64,000 bases of DNA from Eledone cirrhosa (lineage: Eukaryota), in assembly GCA_964016885.1 (NCBI GenBank), contig OZ024744.1, positions 124,558,001-124,622,000 on the forward strand, in the 5' to 3' direction. This document shows, piece by piece, positions 35,491-45,704 of this stretch; the stretch's first letter is position 1, and each line of letters starts with the position of its first letter. Under the pieces are notes generated by a model. That model worked only from the letters and a program-made list of their open reading frames with translations. It searched no databases and had not been told where the DNA came from. The position numbers and the translations under genes were made by a program.

Positions 35491-36283
35491 TTGGGGTTTA
35501 AGTCCAAGTCTAAGGCTTTGGGTTTGGATTTAAGTCTAAGTCTAAGGCTTGGGGTTGGGGTTTAAGTCTAAATCTAAGGCTTTGTGTTGAGGTTTAAATC
35601 TAAGTCTAAGGCTTGGGTTTGAGGTTTAAGTATAAGTCTAAAGCTTGATTTGGGGTTTAAGTCTAAGTCTTGGGGTTAGGGTTTAAATCTAAGTACTGGT
35701 GTTGGGGTTTAAGTCTAAGACTAAGGCTTGGGTTTGGGTTTCAGTCTAAATCTAAGGCTCGCTGTTGGGGTTTAAATCTAAGTCTAAGGCTTTGGGTTGA
35801 GGTTTAAGTCTAAGTCTTGTGGTTGGGGTTTATGTCTAAGCCTAAGGCTTGGGGTTGGGGTTTAAGTCTAAGTCTAAGGCTTATGGTCGGGGTGTAAGGT
35901 TAAGACTAAGGCTAGGAGTTGGGGCTCATGTCTAAGTCTAAGGCTTATGGTTGGGGTTCAAGTCTAAATCTAAGGCTTGGCTGTGGGGTTTAAGTCTAAG
36001 TCAAAGGCCTGTTGTTGTGCTTTATATCTAAGTCTAAGGCTTGGAGTTGGGGTTTAAGTGTAAGTCTAAGGCTTGGGGTTGGGATTTAATTCGAAGTCTA
36101 AGACTTGGGGTTGGTGTCTAAATCTAAGTCTAAGGCTTGGGGTTAGTGTTTAAATCTAAGGCTTGGTGTTGGGGTTTAATTCTAAGTCTAATGCTTGTGG
36201 TTGGGGTTTATATCTAAGTCTAAGACTTGGAGTTGGGGTTTAAGTCTAAATCTAAGGCTTGGGGTTGGGGTTTATGTCCAAGT

Positions 36284-36352
36284 CTTCAGAAGAGTGACGA
36301 AACCCTTATGTTGGCCGACCATTGCTCTTGCGTCGTCCTTGCACATAATACA
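36284..36352 (-). mobile_element. Degenerate hAT transposase fragment, copy 4
   Basis: Same sequence as copy 1; visible at the C-terminal end of the listed ORF 36272..36457(-). Confidence 0.65.
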
Positions 36353-36353
36353 A

Positions 36354-36506
36354 TGTGTGTTGTATTTGGTCCTAGATGTATGTATTACCTGCCTGTGTGT
36401 TGTAGGTAGTCCTAGATGTATGTGTATTACCTTCTTATATATTGCATGTGGTCCCAACTGTATGTATTACCTGCTTGTGTGTTGTATGTGGTCCTAGATG
36501 TGTGTA
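36354..36506. repeat. 40-bp minisatellite fragment, copy 4
   Basis: As copy 1 except G>A at 36457 (CCCAACTG vs CCCAGCTG). Confidence 0.9.
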
Positions 36507-39500
36507 CTTTGGGTTTGGTTTTAAGTCTAATTCTAAGGCTTTAGGTTGAGGTTTAAGTCTAAGTCTAAGGCTTAGGTTTGAGGTTTAAGTCTAATTCTAA
36601 GTCTTGAGGTTGGGGTTTAAGTCGAAGCCTGAGAATTGTGGTTGGGGTTTATGTCTAAGTTTAAGGCTTGGGGTTGGGTTGTAAGTCGAAGTCTAAGGTT
36701 TGTGGTTCGGATTTATGTCTAAGTCAAAGGCTTGGGATTCGGGTTAGCTTTGGGTTTGGGTTTAAGTCTAATTCTAAGACTTGGTGTTGGGGTTTATGTC
36801 TAAATCTAAGTCTTGGGGTTGAGGTTTAAGGCTAAGGCTTGTGACTGGGTTAAAGTCTAAGTGTAAGGCATTGGGTTTGGCTTGAAGTCTAAGTCTAAGG
36901 CTTGGGGTTGAGGTTTAAGTCTAAGGCTTGGGTTTATGGTTTAAGGCTTGGAGTTGGTGTTTAAGGCTAATTCTCAAGCTTGGGGTTGGGGTTTAAGTCC
37001 AAGTCTAAGGCTCTGGGATTGGTTTTAAGTCTAAATCTAAGACTTGTGGTTCGGGTTTATGTCTAAGTCTAAGCCTTGGGGTTCGGGTTTAAGTTAAAGT
37101 CTAATGCTAGGAGTTGGGGTTCAAGTCTAAGTCTAAGGCTTGGGGTTGGGATTTAAATCTAAGTCTAATGCTTGTGGTTGTGGTTTATGTCTAATCTAAG
37201 GCTTTGGGTTCGGGTTTAAGTCTAAGTCTGAGGCTTGGGTTTGAGGTTTCAGTCTAAGTCTAAGTATTGGGGTTACGGTTTAAATCTAAGGCTTGGGCTT
37301 GTGGTTTAAGTCTTAGTCTAATGCTTGGGGTTCGGGTTTAAGTTCAAGTCTAATGCTAGGAGTTGGGGTTCATGTCAAAGTCTAAGGCTTGGGGTTGGGA
37401 TTTAAGTCTAAGTCTAAGACTTGTGGTTGGGGTGTATGTCTAAGTCCAAGGCATTGTGTTAGGGTTTAAAACTAAGTTTAAGGCTTAGGGTTGGGGTTCA
37501 AATCTAACGCTAAGGCTTGGGTTTATGTTTAAATCTAAGGCTTGGGCTTAGGTTTTAAGTCTAAGTCTAAAACTTGGGGTTGGGTTTTAAGTCCAAGACT
37601 AAGGCTTTGGGTTCGGCTTTAAGTCTAAATCTAAGGCTTGGGCTTGGGGTTTAAGTCCAAGTCTAAGACTTTGGGTTTGGGTTTAAGTCTAAGTCTAAGG
37701 CTTGGGGCTGGGGTGTAAGTCCAAGTCTAAGACTTGTTGTTCGGGGTTAAGTCTATGTCTAAGCCTTGTGGTTGAGGTTTAATTCTAAGTCTAAGGCATG
37801 GGGTTGGGATTTAAGTTTAAGTCTAAGGCTTGGGGTTGGGATTTAAATGTAAGTCTAAGGCTTGCCGTTGGGGTGTAAGTTTAAGTCTAAGGCTAGGAGT
37901 TAGGGCTCATGTCTAAGTCTAAGGCTTGGGGTTGGGGTTCAAGTCTAAATCTAAGGCTTGGCGTTGGGGTTTAAGTCTAAGTCTAAGGCTTGTTGTTGGG
38001 CTTTATGTCTAAGTCTAAGGCGTGGGGTTAGGGTTGAAATCTGAGTCTAAGGCTTAGAGTTGGGGTTTAAGTTTAAGTCTAAGCCATTGTGGTTGGGTTT
38101 AAATCTAAGTCTAATGCTTGGAGTTGGGATTTAAATCGAAGTCTAAGACTTGGGGTTGGGGTTTAAGTCTATGTCTTGAGGTTAGGGATTAAATCTAAAG
38201 CTTGGTGTTGGGGTTTACGTCTAAGTCTAAGGCTTTGGGTTGAGGTTTAAATCTAAGTCTAAGGCTTGGGTTGGTGTCTAAATCTAAGTCTAATGCTTGT
38301 GGTTGGGGTTTATATCTAAGACTAAGACTTGGTGTTAGAGTTTAAGTCTAAGGCTTGGAGTTGGTGTTTAAGGCTAAGTCTAAAGCTTGGGGTTGGTGTT
38401 TAAGGCTAAGTCTAAAGCTTGGGGTTGGTGTTTAAGTCCAAGTCTAAGGCTTTGTGTTTGGTTTTAAGTCTAAATCTAAAGCTTGTGGTTCGGGTTTAAG
38501 TTAAAGTCTAATGCTAGGAGTTTGGGTTCAAGTCTAAGTCTAAGGCTTGGGGTTGGGATTTAAATCTAAGTCTAATGCTTGTGGTTTTGGTTTATGTCTA
38601 ATCTAAGGTTTTGGGTTCGGGTTTAAGTCTAAGTCTAAGGCTTTGGGTTAGGGTTTAAGTCTATGTCTAAGCCTTGTGGTTGAGGTTTAATTCTAAGTCT
38701 AATGCTTGGGGTTGGGATTTAAGTCTAAGTCTAAGGCTTGGGGTTGGGAATTAAATGTAAGTCTAAGGCTTGCGGTTGGGGTGTAAGGTTAAGTCTAAGG
38801 CTAGGAGTTGGGGCTCATGTCTAAGTCTAAGGCTTGGGGTTGGGGTTCAAGTCTAAATCTAAGGTTTGTTGTTGGGCTTTATGTCTAAGTCTAAGGCGTG
38901 GGGTTAGGGTTTCAATCTGAGTCTAAGGCTTAGAGTTGGGGTTTAAGTTTAAGTCTAAGGCATTGCGGTTGGGTTTAAGTCTAAGTCTAATGCTTGAGGT
39001 TGGGAATTAAATCGAAGTCTAAGTCTTGGGGTTGGGGTTTAAGTCTATGTCTTGGGTCAGGAATTAAATCTAAAGCTTCGTGTTGGGTTTTAAGTCTAAG
39101 TCTAAGGCTTTGGGTTGAGGTTTAAATCTAAGTCTAATGCTTGAGGTTAGTGTTTAAATCTAAGTGTTGGTGTTGGGGTTTAATTCTAAGTCTAATGCTT
39201 GTGGTTGGGGTTTTTATCTAAGACTAAGGCTTGTAGTTGGGGTTTAAGTCTAAATCTAAGGCTTGGGGTTGGGGTTTAAGTCTAATTCTAAGGCTTGGTG
39301 TTGGGGTTTAAATCTAAGTCTAAGGCTTGTGGTTGGGGTTTATGTCTGAATCTAAGTCTTGGCGTTAGAGTTTAAATCTAAGCCTAAGGCTTGTGGTTTG
39401 GTTTAAATCTAAGTGTAAGGCATTGGGTTTGGCTTTAAGTCTAACTCTAAGGCTTGGGGTTGAGGTTTAAGTCTAAGGCTTGGGGTTATAGTTTACGTCT

Positions 39501-41477
39501 AAGGCTTGGAGTTGGTGTTTAAGGCTAAGTCTAAAGCTTGGGGTTGGGGTTTAAGTCCAAGTCTAAGGCTTTGGGTTTGGTTTTAAGTCTAAATCTAAAG
39601 CTTGTTGTTCGGGTTTAAGTCTAAGTCTAAGCCTTGGGGTTCGGGTTTAAGTTAAAGACTAATGCTAGGAGTTGGGGTTCAAGTCTAAGTCTAATGCTTG
39701 TGGTTCTGGTTTATGACTAATTCTAAGGCTTTGGGTTCGGATTTAAGTCTAAGTCTAAGGCTTGGGGTTCGGGTTTAAGTCTAAGTCTGAGGCTTCGGTT
39801 TGGGGTTTAAGTCTAAGTCTAAGTATTGGGGTCACGGTTTAAATCTAAGGCTTGGGCTTGTGGTTTAAGTCTTAGTCTAATGCTTGGTGTCAAAACCTAA
39901 GTCTAAGGCTTGGGTTTGGGGTTTAAGTCTAAATCTTGGGGTTAGTGTTTAAATCTAAGTGTTGGTGTTAGGGTTTAATTCTAAGTCTAATGCTTGTGGT
40001 TGGGGTTTATATCTAAGACTAAGGCTTGGAGATGGGGTTTAAGTCTAAATCTAAGGCTTGGTGTTGGGGTTTAAGTCTAAGTCTAAGGCTTGTGGTTGGG
40101 GTTTATGTCTGAATCTAAGTCTTGGCGTTAGAGTTTAAATCTAAGCTTAAGGCTTGTGGTTTGGTTTAAGTCTAAGTGTAAGGCATTGGGTTTGGCTTTA
40201 AGTCTAAGTCTAAGTCTTGGGGTTGAGGTTTAAGTCTAAGGCTTGGGGTTATAGTTTAAGTCTAAGGGTTGGAGTTGGTGGTTAAGGCTAAGTCTAAAGC
40301 TTGGGGTTGGGGTTTAAGTTCAAGTCTAAGACTTTGTGTCTGGTTTAAGTCTAAATCTAAATCTTGTTGTTCGGGTTTAAATCTAAGTCTAAGCCTTGTG
40401 GTTCGGGTTCAAGTCTAAGTCTAATGCTTGTGGTTGTGGTTTATGTCTAATCTAAGGCTTTGGGTTCGGGTTTAAGTCTAAGTCTAAGGCTTGGGGTTCG
40501 GGTTTAAGTCTAAGTCTGAGGCTTGGGTTTGAGGTTTACGTCTAAGTCTAAGTATTGGGGTCACGGTTTAAATCTAAGGCTTGGGCTTGTGGTTTAAGTC
40601 TTAGTCTAATGCTTGGGGTTCGGGTTTAAGTTAAAGTCTAATGCTAGGAGTTGGGGTTCATGTCTAAGTTTAACGCTTGTGGTTGGGGTCTAAGGCCAAG
40701 CGTAAGAATTTGTGTTTGAGTTTAAGTCAAAGTCTAAGGCTTGGGGTTTGGGTTTAAGTCTAAGACTAAGACTTGTGGTTCGTGTCTATGCCTAAGTCTA
40801 AGGCATTGTGTTAGGGTTTGAGTCTAAATCTAAGGCTTGGGGTTGGGGTTTCAGTCCAAGTCTAAGACTTTGGGTTTGGGTTTAAGTCTAAGTCTAAGGC
40901 TTGGCGTTGGGTTTAAGTTTAAGTCTAAGTCTTGTGGTTGTGGTTTATGTCTAAGCCTAAGGCTTGGGGTTGGGGTTTGAGTCTAAGACTTGTGGTTCGT
41001 GGTTAAGTCTATGTCTAAGCCTTGTGGTTGAGGTATAAGTCTAAGTTTAAGGCTTAGGGTTGTGGTTCAAGTCTAAAGCTAAGGCTTGGGGTTGATGTTT
41101 AAGTCTAAGTCTTGGGCTTAGGGTTTAAGTCTAACTCTAAGACTTGGGGTTGGGTTTTAAGTCCAAGTCTAGGACTTTGAGTTTGGATTTAAGTCTAAGT
41201 CTAAGGCTTGGGTTTGGGGTTTAAGTCTAAGGCTTTGTGTTGAAGTTGAAGTCTGAGTCTAAGGCTTGTGGTTGGGGTTTATGTCTAAGACTAAGGCTTG
41301 GGGTTGGGGTTTAAGTCTAAATCTAAGGCTGGGGTTGGGGTCTAAATCTAAGTCTTAGACTTGGTGTTGGGGTTTAAGTCAAAAGCTTGGGGTTAGGGTT
41401 TCATGCTAAGGCTTGGAGTTGGGGTTTAAGTCTAAGACTAAGGCTTGGGTTTGGGTTTCAGTCTAAGCCTAAGTTTA

Positions 41478-41684
41478 GGTCAAGTTGGGGTTAAGTTAAG
41501 TTGGGGTTAAGTTAAGTTGGGGTTAAGTTAAGTCGGGGTTAAGTTAAGTCGGGGTTAAGTTAAGTTAGGGTTAAGTTAAGTTGGGGTTGAGTTAAGTTGG
41601 GGTTGAGTGAAGTTGTGGTTAAGTTAAGTTGGGGTTGAGTGAAGTTGGGGTTAAGTTAAGTTGGGGTTAAGTTAAGTTGGGGTT
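41478..41684 (+). repeat. Inverted (G-strand on +) module 1 of the 16-bp satellite, 5'-truncated by the 32-bp array
   Basis: (GGGGTTAAGTTAAGTT)n ending at the palindrome GGGGTT|AACCCC, centre 41684/41685. Confidence 0.92.
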
Positions 41685-44600
41685 AACCCCAACTTAACCT
41701 AACCCCAACTTAACTTAACCCCAACTTAACTTAACCCCAACTTAATTTAACCCCAGCTTAACTTAACCCCAACTTAATTTAACCCCAACTTAACTTAACC
41801 CCAACTTAACTTAAACCCAACTTAACTTAACCCCAACTTAGCTTATCCCCAACTTAACTTATCCCCAACTGAACCTAACCCCAACTTAACTTAACCCCAA
41901 CTTAACTTAACCCCAACTTAACTTAACCCCAACTTAACTGAACCCCAACTTAACTTAACCCCAACTTAAATTAACCCCAACTTAACTTAAACTCAACTTA
42001 ACTAACCCCAACTTAACTTAACCCCAACTTAACTTAACACCAACTTAACTTAACCCCAACTCGAGTTAACCCCAACTTAACTTAACCCCAACTTAACATA
42101 ACCCCAACTTCAATTAACCCTAACTTAATTTAACCCCAACTTAACTTAACCCCAACTTAAATTAACCCCAACTTAATTTAACCCCAGCTTAAATTAACCC
42201 CAACTTAATTTAACCCCAACTTAACTTAACCCCAACTTAACTTAACCCCAACTTAACTTTAAACCCAACTTAACTTAACCCCAACTTAGCTTATCCCCAA
42301 CTTAACTTATCCCCAACTTAAACTAACCCCAACTTAACTTAACCCCAACATAATTTAACCCCAACTTAATTTAACCCCAACTTAGCTTAAACCCAACTTA
42401 ACTTAACCCCAACTTAAATTAACCCCAACTGAACTTAACCCCAACTTAAATTAACCCCAACTTAACTTAACCCCAACTTAACATAACCTCAACTTAAATT
42501 AACCCCAACTTAAGTTAACCCCAACTTAACTTAACCCCAACTTCACTCAACCCCAACTTAGCTTAACCCCAACTTAACTTAAACTCAACTTAACTAACCC
42601 CAACTTAACTTAACCCCAACTTAACTTAACACCAACTTAGCTTAACCCCAACTTAACTTATCCCCAACTTAACTTATCCCCAACTTAACCTAACCCCAAC
42701 TTAACTTAACCCCAACTTAATTTAACCCCAACTTAATTTAACCCCAACTTAACTTAAACCCAACTTAACTTAACCCCAACTTAAATTAACCCCAACTGAA
42801 CTTAACCCCAACTTAAATTAACCCCAACTTAACTTAACCCCAACTTAACTTAACCCCAACTTAAATTAACCCCAACTTAACATAACCTCAACTTAAATTA
42901 ACCCCAACTTAACTCAACCCCAACTTAACTTAACCCCGACTTAACTTGACCCCAACTTAACTTAACCCCAACTTAACTTAACCGCAACTTAATTTAAACC
43001 CAACTTAAGCTAACCCCAACTTAACTTAACCCCAACTTCACTCAACCCCAACTTAACTTAACCCCAACTTAACTTAACCCCAACTTAAATTAACCCCAAC
43101 TTAACTTAAACTCAACTTAACTAACCCCAATTTAACTTAACCCCAACTTCACTAAACCCCAACTTAATTTAACCCCAACTTAACTTAACCCCAACTTAAC
43201 TTAACCCCAACTTAACTCAGCCCCAACTTAACTTAGCCCCAACTTAAATTAACCCCAACTTAACTTAACCCCAACTTAACTTAACCCCAACTTAAGTTGA
43301 CCCCAACTTAAATTAACCCCAACTTAACTTAACCCCAACTGAACTTAACCCCAACTTAACTTAGCCCCAACTTAACTTAGCCCCAAATTAACTTAGCCCC
43401 AACTTAACTTAACTAGAACTTAACTTAACCTCAACTTAACCCCAAATTAACTTAACCCCAACTTAACTTAACCCCAACTTAACTTATCCCCAATTTAACC
43501 CCAACTTAACTCAAACTCAACTTAACTTAACCCCAAGTTAACTTAACCCCAACTTAACTCAACCCCAACTTAATTAACCCCCACTTAACTTAGACCCAAT
43601 TTAAATTAACCACAACTTAGCTTAACCCGAACTTAACTTAACCCCAAGTTAACTTAACCTCAACTTAACTTAACCCCAACTTAACTTAACCCCAACTTAA
43701 TTTAACCCAAACTTAACTTAACCCCGACTTAACTTAACCCCAACTTAACTTAACCCCAACTTAATTAACCCCAACTTAATTTAACCCCAACTTAACTTAA
43801 CCCCAACTTAACTTAACCCCAACTCAACTTAGACCCAACTTAACTTAGCCCCAACTTAACTTAACCCCAACTTAACTTAGCCCTAATTTAACTTAGCCCC
43901 ACCTTAACTTAAACCCAACTTAACTTAACCCCAACTTAACTTAACCCCAACTTAACTTAACACCAACTTAACCTGCCCCCAACTTAACGTACCCCCAACT
44001 TAACTTAACCCCAACTTAATTTAATCCCAACTTAATTTAACCCCAACTTAACTTAAACCCAACTTAACTTAACCCCAACTTAAATTAACCCCAACTGAAC
44101 TTAACCCCAACTTAACTTAACCCCAACTTAAATTAACCCCAACTTAAAATAACCTCAACTTAAATTAACCCCAACTTAACACCACCTTAACTTAACCCCA
44201 ACTTAACTTAACCCCAACTCTACTTAACCCCAACTTAACTTAACCCCAACTTAACATAACCCCAACTTAAATTAACCCTAACTTAACTTAACCCCAACTT
44301 AACTTAACCCCAACTTCACTCAACCCCAACTTAACTTACACCCAACTTAACTTAACCCCAACTTAATTTAACCCCAACTTAAATTAACCCCAACTTAACA
44401 TAACCACCACTTAACTTAACCCCAACTTAACTCAACCCCAACTTGACTTAACCCTAACTTAAATTAACCCCAACTTAACTTAACCCCAACTTAACTTAAT
44501 CCCAACTTAACTTAACCCCAACTTAACTAAACCCCAACTTAACTCAACCCCAACTTAACTTAACCCCAACTTAACTTAACCCCAAGTTAACTTAACCTCA

Positions 44601-45504
44601 ACTTAACTTAACCCCAACTTAACTTAACCCCAACTTAATTTAACCCCAACTTAACTTAACTCCGACTTAACTTAACCCCAACTTAACTTAACCCCAACTT
44701 AATTAACCCCAACTTAATGTAACCCCAACTTAACTTAACCCCAACTTAACTTAACCCCAACTCAACTTAGACCCAACTTAACTTAGCCCCAACTTAACTT
44801 AACCCCAACTTAACTTAGCCCTAATTTAACTTAGCCCCAACTTAACTTAAACCCAACTTAACTTAGCCCCAACTTAACTTAACCCCAACTTAACTTGACC
44901 CCAACTTAATTTAACCCCAACTTAATTTAACCCCAACTTAACGTAAACCCAACTTAACTTAACCCCAACTTAAATTAACCCCAACTGAACTTAACCCCAA
45001 CTTAAATTAACCCCAACTTAACTTAACCCCAACTTAACTTAACCCCAACTTAAATTAACCCCAACTTAACATAACCTCAACTTAAATTAACCCCAACTTA
45101 ACTTAACCCCAACTTAACACCAACTTAACTTAACCCCAACTTAACTTAACCCCAACTCTACTTAACCCCAACTTAACTTAACCCCAACTTAACATAACCC
45201 CAATTTAAATTAACCCTAACTTAACTTAACCCCAACTTAACTTAACCCCAACTTCACTCAACCCCAACTTAACTTACACCCAACTTAACTTAACCCCAAC
45301 TTAATTTAACCCCAACTTAACTTAACCCCAACTTAACTCAACCCCAACTTAACTTAACCTTAACTTAACTTAACCCCAACTTAACCCCAACTTAACTTAA
45401 CCCCAACTTAATTTACCCCCAACTTAACTTACCCCCAACTTAACTTAACCCCAACTTAAGTTAAGCCTAAATTAACTTAACCCCAACTTAACTTAACTCC
45501 GACT

Positions 45505-45704
45505 TTGGTGTTAAGTTAAGTTGGGGTTAAGTTAAGTTGGGGTTAAGTCAAGTTGGGGTTAAGTTAAGTTGGGGGTAAGTTAAGTTGGGTGTGAGTTAAG
45601 TCGGGGTTAAGTCAAGTTGGGGTTAAATTAAGTTGGGGTTAAGTTAAGTTGGGGTTGAGTGAAGTTGGGGTTAAGTTAAGTTGGGGTTAAGTTAAGTTGG
45701 GGTT
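45505..45704 (+). repeat. Inverted module 2 (200 bp)
   Basis: Starts after AACTCCGACT and ends at GGGGTT|AACCCC 45704/45705. Confidence 0.95.

Larger units (their letters stand above)
8120..37800 (+). repeat. ~7.3-7.6-kb higher-order repeat block (about 4 near-identical copies) of the 32-bp satellite
   Basis: The 221-bp insert starts at 9867, 17158, 28708 and 36286 (spacings 7291, 11550, 7578). The 11550 unit is ~7.57 kb plus internal duplications of 2842 and 1136 bp. The 7291 offset also holds for the TTAGGG tracts at 9024 and 16315. Outer boundaries are approximate. Confidence 0.85.
1..41475 (+). repeat. 32-bp telomere-like satellite array, consensus TTGGGGTTGGGGTTTAAGTCTAAGTCTAAGGC, G-rich strand on +
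   Basis: AAGG recurs with a 32-bp period (e.g. 372 and 404). The unit is five hexamers (2x TTGGGG, TTTAAG, 2x TCTAAG) plus GC. Shorter 24-31 bp monomers and point variants are frequent. The array runs off the left edge of the window. Confidence 0.97.

Noticed and set aside
36272-36457. 61-aa minus-strand ORF as a real gene
   Set aside because: It is called only in copy 4 because a single G>A at 36457 creates a TTG start. The N-terminal part is minisatellite; only the 23-codon hAT-like stretch is meaningful, and it is a fragment.
1-41475. CRISPR array (32-bp periodicity)
   Set aside because: The monomers are contiguous with no unique spacers, and there are no cas genes.
1-41475. Great-ape 32-bp subterminal satellite (StSat/pCht)
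   Set aside because: Only the unit length matches. That satellite is AT-rich and lacks the TTGGGG/TCTAAG structure.
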